DNA of 64,000 bases, from positions 123,504,001 to 123,568,000 of the forward strand of contig OX597816.1 in the NCBI GenBank assembly GCA_951406725.2. Direction: 5' to 3'. Below the pieces are notes generated by a model, which did not search any database, was not told the DNA's origin, and saw nothing but the letters and a program-made list of their open reading frames with translations. The first letter of the stretch is position 1. Every line of letters starts with the position of its first letter. This document shows positions 13,710-25,347 of the stretch, piece after piece. Source of the DNA: Octopus vulgaris. Its lineage: Eukaryota. Both the position numbers and the translations under genes were made by a program.

Positions 13710-14039
13710 AGATAATGATGATGATCATGACCATGAGGAGGAGAGGAGGAGGAAGGGGAAGGGGAAGTGGAAGAAGAGAAAAAAAAGAAGAAGAGGAAGC
13801 AGAGGAAGAACAAGAGAAAAACAAAGAGGAAGGAAAGAAAGAGAAAGAAGAGGAAGAAGGTGAAGAAAAGGTTGAAGAAGATGATGATAGTGATGATGAT
13901 GATGATGATGAAGAAGAAGAAGAAGAAGAAGAAGAAGAAGAAGAAGAAGAAGAAGAAAAGGAAGAGGAGAAGGAGGGGCAGAGGTTATTGTTGTTGATGG
14001 TGGTGGTGGTGATGTTGGTAGTGGTGGTGTTGATGCTGC

Positions 14040-14070
<31 letters not shown>

Positions 14071-14100
14071 GGTGGTGCTGCTGCTGCTGCTGTTGCTAGT
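13710..14100. repeat. Compound trinucleotide microsatellite (GAT/GAG/GAA/GTT/GGT/GCT)
   Basis: Direct reading; yields homopolymer ORFs in all frames. Confidence 0.95.
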
Positions 14101-14430
14101 ATTAACATAGCATTGAATATTCTGATTTAAAAAATACCACCTTAAGTCTTTTGTTACTAGAAAATATTGCCAGGCAGAGAGTGGGAAGATATTACCTGAG
14201 GATAAGCATAAAGGACATCTCGGCTGATGAATGATGAAACAAGCTTCAGTGTCTTTTCTGTCAATATAAAACACTAGCCTTTATATATTTTCTGTAACTG
14301 AAGATCCAAGCTCAAAAAAAAAAAAAAGAAAAGAAAAGCAAAGAAAAAGATCTGAGATCTAAACAGAGATATTTTATCAACAAAAAATATTGTCTGTAAT
14401 ACTAGGGGTGGAAATAGTGTGGAAATCCAT

Positions 14431-14487
<57 letters not shown>

Positions 14488-14536
14488 TGTTATGTTTCGG
14501 AATGGTCATTTTGCCAGTTTAACCAATATATATATA

Positions 14537-14743
14537 TAAATACAGTGTACATTTAAGCACATAAGAGGTATCCATCATAGGATTCCTTTCATGCTAGAAG
14601 GAACAGCTAAAGTCTAAATCACTATTAGGGATAAAAACTCGAAGGGAATGAAACATAAAAACATTTACCATCTATCTCCTGGACCATGGTTTCAGACTTT
14701 TTTTAGCAAATAAAATAATGTGTTTAAATGTACACTGTATTTA
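14537..14743. mobile_element. MITE-like element with 26-bp terminal inverted repeats
   Basis: taaatacagtgtacatttaagcacat (14537-14562) and atgtgtttaaatgtacactgtattta (14718-14743) are 25/26 complementary. Inner TA-CAGTG ends resemble Tc1/mariner. Confidence 0.6.
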
Positions 14744-14838
14744 AATGAATAATAGGTAGTCTATTGACTAATTTTTCTACACGCCAGGCCACAGGTAGTA
14801 AAAATTTCTAAAATCTTTATTACCCTGATATTATTAAT

Positions 14839-14921
<83 letters not shown>

Positions 14922-16318
14922 TTGTATGTATGTACATCCATTCATACATACGCATGTATGTATGTATTAAGTACTTTACCTTAAGTTACAGTTCTAGTCT
15001 TTTAAATAGAATCTACATAAGTAACTACTCCAATCAGTTGAGCACCATAACCACCATGGAAACACAGTGACCATACAAAAATTGATATCTCCATGAAAAC
15101 TAAACTTGGCCCTCCAAGACTAGTGTCATAAATATCTGATTCAAAAGACAGCCGTTTTTATCAGAAATATTTTATGGAGGGGTTACTTCTTCAACAACCC
15201 AGATAAATCTACTAAAAAAATTCCTTATCAGGGCAACAGACTTTTAATATCCTTTAAAGAAAAGCTCTATCAAATAATAAAAAGAAAATTCTGCAGCATT
15301 CACTACAAATTCCAATCTATATTGGACACAAACTCAAGGAAATTTGGAAGTTTATTCATACAATCAAACCAAACAAAGCCCTATACTGAATTGACCAAAC
15401 TATATACTTCCATCTTGCCTTTAATGCAATAAGCAGCAAGTACGAAAAATAGAAAATGGGAAACACTGAACGATAAAGAAGATAATAATTCTAGAGCAAA
15501 AGCATATTAGTGATGGGATGTAGGCATTATTTCTTTTGTAAATAAGGGCCCAGTTTATTATGACAACTCTGTCTAGATTAACAAAATCCCCAACATCCTG
15601 CTTAGATGTCTGCATGGAAAGAAAATGCCTAGGTGAAGGTTAGTGACCTCATTGGTTTTTACCTACTATAGTACATCAAAATTTGCTTCTCAAGAATTGG
15701 AGAGGGATTTTTCTGAGATGATGGTCTGCTGACACAACATGATTGTAGTCCACAAACTGTTGACTGATTTGAATAAAAATTTGTACTTCATTTAAAAGAG
15801 CCAAGTGTCTCACTTTATCATAGATATCAACTTCACTTTTACAAACAATTTGGGTATTTATTTTAGATGTGAATACTTCCTTATATTATCCATTTTCATT
15901 AATCAAACAAGTTCCTACTCTACATTCATTTACAATCAAACAACCCTAAAAACACAGCTAAAATCTTTGTATAAAATATTTCCCCTCAGATTCTCACACC
16001 TGTCAGCTAACAAACAAATCTTTAAAGGCTCTTCCTGCTTCTGCAATGATATCCTAAATAGAAGTGGATTAAAGGACAAGTGAATATATACCTAAAACCC
16101 CTGAACATAACAAACATAGAAATCCACCCTACAAATTAACTATTGCAACCCCAAAAAGCAAGAACATTTTTCATGCATTTTAAAAGACCCACAATACAGA
16201 TACTAAGAAATTTCATTAAAAATACTAAATAAAATACTTTGCTCTACCTAAGCTACATTACATTATGTTTTTTTTCAAACCTATGACTCTCTTGTTTTAT
16301 ATTTCTTCCTTATTACAG

Positions 16319-16417
16319 GCCCATGTGCAGCCGGTGTGGTAGGGTTAAGAATGCCAAGGTACTGTTTATTTGGTGACACTGTTAATACAGCTTCACGCAT
16401 GGAGTCCACAGGACTAC
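16319..16417 (+). CDS. Guanylyl cyclase catalytic exon (99 bp)
   Basis: Polypyrimidine tract and tacag|GC, donor CTAC|gtaagt, phase 1-1. Encodes (G)[32 protein letters not shown](P), including the GC-specific RYC Cys and the catalytic N-x3-R. Confidence 0.98.
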
Positions 16418-16672
16418 GTAAGTATAACCTTTCACTTTTAGCTATAACTATCTTTTTATGTGCTTCTGAATTAAAATTCTGCAAACACTATAGTCTAAGG
16501 CTAAAGAGGTTAGCATGTTGATTAGCACTCCAGGTTATCCCCAATAAAGCAGATATATGGGCAAAGGAATTCCAACCAGTTTCTTTTCTTTCCTTTTCTC
16601 TTGTATACCTTGAAATTATTTGAAGAGATTTTTTAGTTAAATTGGCAAGAGAGTTGGCTGCTGTTGCTAACA

Positions 16673-16737
16673 GTTTCAGTGACCACATAGATGGACCTTT
16701 TGTTGCTTCAGATACACACATACACACACACATGCAA

Positions 16738-16788
<51 letters not shown>

Positions 16789-16864
16789 TTTGTGTGTGTG
16801 TGTGTGTGTGATTGTATGTGTGTATCTGAAGCAACAAAAGGTCCATCTATGTGGTCACTGAAAC
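16673..16864. repeat. Perfect 52-bp inverted repeat around (CA)n/(TG)n
   Basis: gtttcagtgaccacatagatggaccttttgttgcttcagatacacacataca and its exact reverse complement ending at 16864. Confidence 0.97.
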
Positions 16865-16904
16865 AGACTCTCACACATTAAGACTGATTGATCAATCAAT
16901 AGAC

Positions 16905-16910
16905 AAATAG

Positions 16911-16941
<31 letters not shown>

Positions 16942-17045
16942 GATAGATAGATAGAAATATAGATAGATAGATAGATAGAAAGATAGATAGATAGATAGAT
17001 GGATGGATGGATGGATGGACAGACAGACAGCCTGACAGATAGATA
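16905..17045. repeat. (GATA)n(GATG)n(GACA)n microsatellite
   Basis: Direct reading. Confidence 0.95.
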
Positions 17046-17299
17046 AATTTGTTAACTTTTACAAGGACAAGTTTGACAGTAACCTTTAAATTTTGGCTTG
17101 CTTGGCTTCATGAAATTGTTCTATACTTGGGTTCTTTTTGGCTTTATATAGTTTTCTTTAGCAAATGTATGTATGAGTTTATATATGTGTATATATACAT
17201 GTGTGTGGGCATGTATGTGAGCATGTGTGTGAGTGAATATGTGTGTGCGAGAGAGTGTGTGTGTGTTTAAATTAATGTTTATTATTATGCCTATATATG

Positions 17300-17490
17300 T
17301 CATTATCATCATCATCATCATTGTTTAGCATCCATTTTCCATGCTGGCATGGGTTGGACGGTTCAACTGGAGTCTGGGAAGCCAGGAGGCTACAGCAGGC
17401 CCCAATCTGATCTGGCAGTGTTTCTACAGCTGGATGCCCTTCCTAATGCCAACCAATCTGAGAGTGTAGTGGGTGCTTTTTATGTGCCAC
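17300..17490 (-). mobile_element. SINE family C 3' part with (GAT)n tail
   Basis: catcatcat...ttccatgctggcatgggttggacgg...ggatgcccttcctaatgccaacc. Related copies near 8430, 9925, 22550, 27700, 50170, 54730 and 57405. Confidence 0.8.
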
Positions 17491-18574
17491 TGGAGCTAGA
17501 GGAGCTGGAATTCACTACGATCAGATGGTGCTTTTTTTAATAGAAGAAGCATGTTCATTGCAGTGATCCTAGTATAAAGGCTTGGAATTTCTTATCAATC
17601 TCATTTTATGAAAAAAAATCTGATTTCTCTCTCTCTGTCCGTAACATGTGTGTAGAGAGGGGGAAGTAGGGAAAGAGGAAAGTTGTTGAGAGAGAGATAT
17701 ACAGAGAGAGAGAGAGAGAGAAAGAGAGTGTGTATGTATGTGAAAGATAGATAAATAGGTAGTGTTGTCACCTTAGTAACTAACAAGTTTTGATTAAAAA
17801 CGTGGGAATTTTAGGTGCTATTCTCTCAACACAATGCAACACAAACTTCAAAGAAAGACTATATCTATCTATACATATATAATAGATATAATTAATTTTA
17901 TTTGTTTGATTGTTTGTGAGTGTTTCTGTCTTTCAACATATAGATAATACAACACTGACTTTAAAAAAAGACTTTCAATTTGAGCAATCAATGAAGGTAC
18001 GTGTATGATTAATGACCTACTCTGAGTTGAAAACAAAGTAAGCTCCTGCATGATTTAGGGGAATATTGTTTAGAAATTTTTATGTGATACTTTTCGTGTG
18101 AAACAGCTGCACTCTTCCAGATATGGGGGTTGAACTTCACAGGATTTATTTAAATCTGATTAGAGAGTGAAAGTATTTCCTGGTCATGAAAATAAAGTCT
18201 AGTCTTTGGAATGTAATTCTTTTAATATTATAGATGTGAGGGTCCCATATGTGTGTGTGTGTGTGGTTCATGAGTAATGGAGTGCAGTGTAAGAGAAGAA
18301 GATTGTTGGAGACTGCAATGCTGCAAAATTGTCTCTTTAGATTAGTAACAACTTCGACTTGGTACTGTTGAAAAGGTCTACATGTAATAAATGCACTGAA
18401 TATTTTTTGTGGCCTTCATTCAGGAAAGGAGAGTAATTCTGATTAGAGATGCTTGAGTTGTTTGTAGGCTGTCAAGGAGGATTAAAGGGTGGTGACATAG
18501 ATGTGTCAATGGAAGAGAGTAAGGAAAATTATTGAATATTGTAATACATCAATATCCATCTCTTCTTTACGAAC

Positions 18575-18793
18575 AAAGCCTGAAATATTTTTGAGTTGTG
18601 TGGGAGCTAGTCGATTACATTGACCCCCCCACCCACCCAGTGCGAAACTAGTGGTTATTTTATCGACCCTAAAAGGATGAAAGGATGAAAGGCAAAATTG
18701 ACTGTGGAGGAATTTGAATCCATAACATAAAGACAGACTAAATACTGTTAAGCATTTTGTTCAGCATGCTAATAATTCTGCCAGCTTGCCACC
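18575..18793 (-). mobile_element. SINE family A copy
   Basis: tatcgaccctaaaaggatgaaagg...gctaataattctgccagcttgcc is the reverse complement of family A. Confidence 0.8.
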
Positions 18794-20104
18794 CTATAGT
18801 TTGTTCTTTCTTGAGCCATGCTTGGCTCATAAGGGCCGGTTTCTTGGTTTCTTTGGCGTATAGGTTCCCCACCTGGATGGGACGCCGGTCTGTGCAAGTG
18901 TGCCACCTTATAGTAGTACAGCAATATTGATAGTGTGTGAAGTAAGACACAGAGCTTTGTTGCCATAGATAAAAAAGAATATGTTACCAAAAATTTAAAT
19001 CTATGATACAAGAAATAGGGAAAGCATCTCACACCAAATATAGTCAAACTTTCTGCTGATATTAAGTGCAAGAGCATTGATTTTTTTTTTTAAATCTCAG
19101 GAGAGACTGTTGTGTTGAATAAGAGAGAAAGCTTTGAGTTCATCTGGCTTTACATAAACCAACTAGCAGTTGCAGAGAAGAAAATGAGGCCCAAGGAGAT
19201 AAAGGAGATTGTTTATAATTGTTTTTAATCATCTTTAAGATGTTTTATATGAAGGTATCAGGGTGGTAATTGTAAAGGTATCAGGGTGGTAATTGTTGAA
19301 AGGCCACAATTCTATACTAATCAATGGTTTGAAGTAACTCAGTATAGATTGAAAATTCTGATATAAATTCACTTAGAAGTATATTATATGAGAATAATGG
19401 AAAGACTTCTATTAAAATTTCTTATTTGTGGTAGTGTAGTAACTAGACAAGTTTTCAAACTTAATATCTCTCCATGGAAGTGAGGCAAGTGAGGTGAAGA
19501 ACAAATGGCTTTCAGATGGCTGATATGGTGAACGAAGATACTGGATTAAATTTGGCTTTAATTCACTGGTAAAAAAAATAAGACCAAGTAATCTCCTTTC
19601 AAAGTGAAAACTAAAACAAATATCTGCATACTTGTAAAAATATTCTTTAAATTTGAATACTTGAAGTTTTAAATATACAAAAACTGGAATATTTTTTTCA
19701 GTGGTTCACTAATCTCTATTATGTCCATGTGTGTGTGTGTGTGGGGGGGGGGTGTTTACATATATTCACATGTGCACATTAACACTCACACACATACACA
19801 CATTCTGTGGAGTGCAAATATTATTTATCTTGTTTTCTGAAGCAAGATAAAGAAATACTTATATTAATGTAAAATATCTCCACTAAATCAACTTACTTTC
19901 TGAAGGAAGAATAAGGATTTAGAAGCATTAACTAGCTAACCTATACAAACACACACATGAATGTACACATATTCCAACAAGAAAAAAAAATGTTATTTAC
20001 TGCACCTTGTTGCAAAGAAAATAAATATTTTTATATTAGAAATATTTCTAGTTGTATGCTTCACAAGTTATTTTTCCATTTATATAGATTTATTTCTTTT
20101 ACAG

Positions 20105-20196
20105 CTTTCCGGATACACTTGAGTGGTTGTACAAAAGCCAAGCTTGATGAACTTGGGGGCTATAAATTTAAATATAGAGGAGAAGTCGAACTGAAG
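20105..20196 (+). CDS. Guanylyl cyclase catalytic exon (92 bp)
   Basis: ttctttttacag|CT and AAG|gtatga, phase 1-0. Encodes (P)FRIHLSGCTKAKLDELGGYKFKYRGEVELK. Confidence 0.96.
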
Positions 20197-21659
20197 GTAT
20201 GAATTTCATATATGTTACACCTATATTTCTACATATTACTGAAAGCTAAGTAGTGGTATCAACAAAAGCTTATCAAAATCAAAATAAATCTTATGCATTT
20301 ATAAATGCACATATATATGTGTATATATGTATCTGTGTGTATGCCCATGTTTTTGTTACTTCTAAGGTTATTTACCTGATCTTCTAACCTATTTTTGCAG
20401 TTATTCTGCACTTGAAATTTACTTTATTTTCTATTTTCTGTAATATACACATGCGTGCATGCACACACACACACATATATATACATCGGTATATACATAT
20501 GTGCAGCAATGCATATGCACATCCTGCATTCATGCACACACGTATATGCATGTGTGTGTGCATGTGTCTTCTTTCAACACAGAAGAATGTAATGGAGATA
20601 TATCTCTTCCATGCAATATAACTTCCATTTCCTTCTCTAATAGATCTAATAGATCTCTCCCTCTCACTCTCTTTCTAATAAATCATAATCTGCATGTTAT
20701 AGAAACATAACTTATTGTTGGGCAGTTTGCATATATTGAAAAAAATGTGTTTCCCTTTATGATTTGTATGCTGTTTTCACTTTTTCTTTTCTGGACTTAT
20801 CTATCATTAAATTTATTTCTAAAAGAGTTTTAGCTTTTTTCATTTCTCTAGATTTCACTGTAATAACATTTTCACAATTCCAAGTACACAACGTATGGAA
20901 CATAACAGCATTTTATTAATTTTGAACAGATCTTTTCATCAGAAAAGGAATGAGTAGTATTTTGGATAGTTATATTTATCACCATCTAACTGACTTCTCA
21001 TTGGTTGGATAGTTCTCAGTTAATTTCCTCTCTGTCAAAGATTCTTGACTGAAAATATCACCACACCTCTAAAAACGTTTTGTGAACTGTATTAAGGGAT
21101 TTTTGATGACACAGACTTTTGCTGGTTTTCTTCGTTGATGTTAATATAGTTCAGTTCATATGAATTTAGTTTGAATTTTAGCAGATATAGTGTTAAAAGA
21201 AAAATATGTGGATACATGAAGGAAGCTACACAATGATTTAGTTTTCAGGAGGAAGAATACATACTAAGTGTTTAAAACTCTTTTTCTGTGTTTTCCATCA
21301 TATCACCCTTTACTTAACAAACACAAACACTATCACACTCAGAGGAAATGTTTTGAATATGCAAATAAAGCACCTATTCTATTATGTTGGCCACAGTCTA
21401 ATGATACTGAGTGGTGAACCAATTTTTTGAAGTAGCACCTAGCTATACCGATATAATGTAGGATAGATATAATAATAATGACAATAATCCTTAGGTGGAA
21501 TTTATAAACATTCAATTCATTGCTACGCGTGTTTCCACAAATCACATATCTCTGAAGATCATAGTCCGTATTGCTGGGATGATTTCAGGGCAGTTCATAG
21601 TATCCATGGGTATTGGGTTGATCACCTTTATAGATTCATATATATATATACATACATAT

Positions 21660-21817
21660 ACAATAGGCTTCTTTCAGTTTCCATCTCCCAAATCCACTTG
21701 CAAGGCTTTGATTGGCCCAAGGTTATAGTAGAAAACACTTGCCAAAGGTGCCATGCAGTGGGATTGAACCCCAAACTAGGTGGTTGAGAAGCATGCATCT
21801 TACCACACATCCACGCC
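21660..21817 (-). mobile_element. SINE family B 5' half
   Basis: ggcttctttcagtttccatc...aaacacttgccaaaggtgccatgcagtgggattgaaccc matches the reverse complement of the 32668 copy. Confidence 0.8.
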
Positions 21818-21999
21818 TGAATGGTGGCACTAACATTTGCCACTAGATTTTTATTTGCTTTCTCCTACTAAGTAGTAAATTTCAATTCATTGGAAATTTT
21901 TTGCTCACATTATCCAACACATCTCTACCTATATGATATGTCCACCACTGCCACTTTACTCCCATTCTGTTCACTTTTGTTTGTCATTTTATATATGGA

Positions 22000-22063
22000 T
22001 ACTTAGCCGATCATGCCATTAGTCACATGCTTGTCTCAAAGCTTAAGCTACACAAGTGTAAAT
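22000..22063 (+). pseudogene. Degenerate fragment of the 18S rRNA 5' end
   Basis: tacttagccgatcatgccattagtcacatgcttgtctcaaagcttaagctacacaagtgtaaat aligns without gaps to the conserved 18S start TACCTGGTTGATCCTGCCAGTAGTCATATGCTTGTCTCAAAGATTAAGCCATGCATGTCTAAGT (recalled sequence), about 50/64 identical. Confidence 0.8.
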
Positions 22064-24102
22064 TTTCAACACCTCCTTGATTAAGACCTTTCTCTCTTCC
22101 AATATTTCCATTGATCATTGCCTCCACTGAGTCAGCAATTATCCTCTCCTACCACTATACATCTCTCATCCATCTCATGCACTATGCCCGTTTCTCTCCT
22201 CCCCACCTACTTCTCTAATTTACCACATTATCCTTCTCTTGTCCTTCTCTTGTTTATTATTTCATCATTACTTCTCTGCTGCTCAGTACTATCAGGCATC
22301 TCCTATCTCCACCTCTCTTACTCTCTGGCTCCTTCTCCCTATCATCCCCACCCTCTCTTCTAAAATGTGAGTAGTCATGTAGCTCCTCTACAGCAAGAAA
22401 CTTTTTCTGCTCTGGCTCCTTCTCTCATACATTTACCCATCTTTTGCCCCTCACTTTCCAGCATAAAGCTTACCCTTCCCACTTCCCTGGGATTATAGTC
22501 ATACAAAATGCATGTTGACTCCACTATTTCCAGTGGTAGGGAAAAAAGCACCCAGTATACACTGCAAAATGGTTGGCATGAGGAAGGGCATCCAGTCATA
22601 GGAACTATGCCAAAGCAGACACTGTAGCATGATCCAGCCCTCGGGCCCACCAGATTTTGTCAAACTATTCAACCCATGCTAGCATGGTACATGAATGCTA
22701 AATGATGATGAAGTTATTTAAATGGAATCGGCTTTTCTTTTCACTGCTTAGACAGAATAAGAGATGTAGTTGCCAAAAAATGTACATAACTATATTTCAT
22801 AATCAAAATATATGAACATCATCTTTCCTGTTATATTTATAAAGTTAAACAATATTGATATTGATTTCGCATGGTGTTTCAATTATTCTTTAATTAAATA
22901 ATGAACTAAAATTCTAATTAGCTATGATCTAGTTGGTGTAAGAAGTTAATTATACTTTCATTAAGAAACGTGTGCCTAGCAGCTTGTAAATTGAATTATT
23001 TATCTATTCATTGTCAACAGAAGTGTAAGAAATTAGACCAGCTAAGTGGATAAAGTTGTTGCTTGTCATTAGGAAATTCATGCATTCATAACATGATTGT
23101 ATCATTACTTTTCAGATTTGAACTGACTGAGGAAGAGAGGCTGCGTTCTTATTCTTTGTAGGCTTTTTCAGATAAGTCAGAGCTGATGCAGTCTATGTCT
23201 AAGTTGAACTTCTGTTTTCTGTTGTCTATGCCCTAACTACTTCTTGTAGTGAATTGCATTTTTGCATGTGTTTTATGACGACATTGATGAATAGGTGATA
23301 AAAAGCGATTGCTTTGCACACAATGATGTAATATAAATCATTTTATTTTTTTTTATAATGTTGACCATCATCTTATCCCTTTAGTTACAGGAGGCTCTCA
23401 TATCTAATAAGAATGCAGGTGAGAGAGAAAAAAAAAGAAAGAAACAAGATTAGGTGAAGTTTTAAATTACTTGAATCTGTCAACTGGTTTGGTGATTTTT
23501 CAGAAATGAGATTAAATCTTATCACATAAGAAGGATGTCTACAGAATTAATTTTGCTTAGAGTCCTGAGGAAAAATGATATGATTCTTGAATCAGTAACC
23601 AGCATTGCATCATGTCTCAACATAAGAGATATTCTATTCATCTTAGTGAATCTAACTGAAAATAAAAAAGTAAATGGTTTAATAGAGAGTTGATCCTCTA
23701 CGGTAAAACATTTTATCAAATATATTAGGAAACTTTTAAACATTTTTATGATCTAAAATTCTGTATAGCATATATCCTTTATTTTTATGTTTTTTACCTT
23801 GTTATTTGATTCAGTCATTAGACTGTGGTCATGCTGGGGCATCACTTTGAAGATTATAGTTGAACAAATTGAACCCCCAGTACATTCTTTTTTCCCTTTT
23901 AATGTCTGGGACTTACTTTAGTGGTCTCTTTTTACCAAATTGATAACTAATAGGTTTGTAGATACATCAATGGTAGCTGTCAAGCAAGGGTTGGGGACAA
24001 ATGTAAACACAAAGACACATATACATACATACATACATACATACATACATACATACATACATACATGCATGCATGCATGTATGTATGCATGCATACATAC
24101 AT

Positions 24103-24141
<39 letters not shown>

Positions 24142-24315
24142 CATAATAATAATAGAAAATTTAGACATATATATAATTATATTAGTGTGTTTAAATGTTG
24201 AGTAGAGCACTGGCACAGTTTAGGCTACTTGATGTCATCTGTAGTTGTGGTACACTTCTGTTGGATTTGCTTCAGGAACTTCTCTGTGACAGTTAGGGTA
24301 ATAGTTTTAATTAAA

Positions 24316-24714
24316 GGCAGCGAGCTGGCAGAAATGTTAGCACACCGGGCGAAATGCATAGCCGTATTTCGTCTGCTGTTATGTTCTGAGTTCAAATTCC
24401 GCCGAGGTCGACTTTGCCTTTCATCCTTTCTGGGTTGATAAATTAAGTACCAGTTATGCACTGGGGTCGATGTAAGCGACTTAATCTGTGTGTCTGTCCT
24501 TGTTTGTCCCCTCTGTGTTTAGCCCCTTGTGGGTAGTAAAGAAATAGGTATTTTGTCTGTCTTTACGTTCTGAGTTCAAATTCTGCCAAGGTCATCTTTG
24601 CCTTTCATCCTTTCAGGGTTGATAAATTAAATACCAGTTGCGTACTGGAGTCGATCTAATCGACTGGCCCCTTTCTCCAAAATTTTGGACCTTGTGCCAA
24701 GAGTAAAAAAGAAT
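24316..24714 (+). mobile_element. SINE family A tandem: full monomer plus 5'-truncated monomer with a different tail
   Basis: The core gagttcaaatt...gcctttcatcctttc...gataaattaa..accagtt occurs twice (about 24390 and 24575). Confidence 0.88.
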
Positions 24715-25037
24715 TAATAGTAGGAGATGGATTTCATATTAGACTTTTATTAGGTACAACATATGTTTCGACCCATCAGTCTGGGTCTCTTCAGATACAT
24801 TGATAAAGAAGGTCTCACTTGAGAATTTTGTGTCAGCTGGCTTATTGTTATATGCCCATCCAGTTTGAACTGGATATAACAACAAGCCAGTATATAACAA
24901 CAAGCTAGCTGACACAAGAAAAAAATCTCTAGTGAGACTTCTTTGTCAATGTACCTGAAGAGACCCAGACTGATTGGTCAAAACATATGTTGTATCTGAT
25001 AAAAGTCTAATATGAAATCTATCTTATATTATTAATT
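24712..25037. mobile_element. Fold-back element with ~140-bp arms, each carrying a hammerhead core (inverted Penelope pLTR-like)
   Basis: Arms are reverse complements around the centre atccagtt-tg-aactggat. CTGAAGA...(G/A)AAAC-ATAT-GT motifs point outward in both arms. Confidence 0.85.
24754..24798 (-). ncRNA. Minimal type I hammerhead ribozyme motif, intact core
   Basis: Minus strand GTAT-CTGAAGA-GACCCA-gactga-TGGGTC-GAAAC-ATAT-GT-T-GTAC: perfect 6-bp stem II, palindromic stem III, 4-bp stem I. Confidence 0.75.
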
Positions 25038-25067
25038 AATACTATATATATATACATACATTTACTG

Positions 25068-25111
<44 letters not shown>

Positions 25112-25302
25112 TCGCTACATTTGCGGTACCTGCCAGAGGGAGTGTTTGTCCAGGATAGGACTACACAGCCACAGCAGGAAATGTATCAGGACATGAAATA
25201 TAAAAGCCAGACTAGACTACTTCATGTGCAACTCCATTGTCTCCCGAGACAGAAAGGATGCCAATACAATACAATATATATATGTATATGTATACATGTG
25301 AA

Positions 25303-25347
<45 letters not shown>

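Noticed and set aside
13657-14274. Poly-Glu, poly-Lys, poly-Ser and poly-Leu ORFs
   Set aside because: Trinucleotide repeats open in all frames inside an intron.
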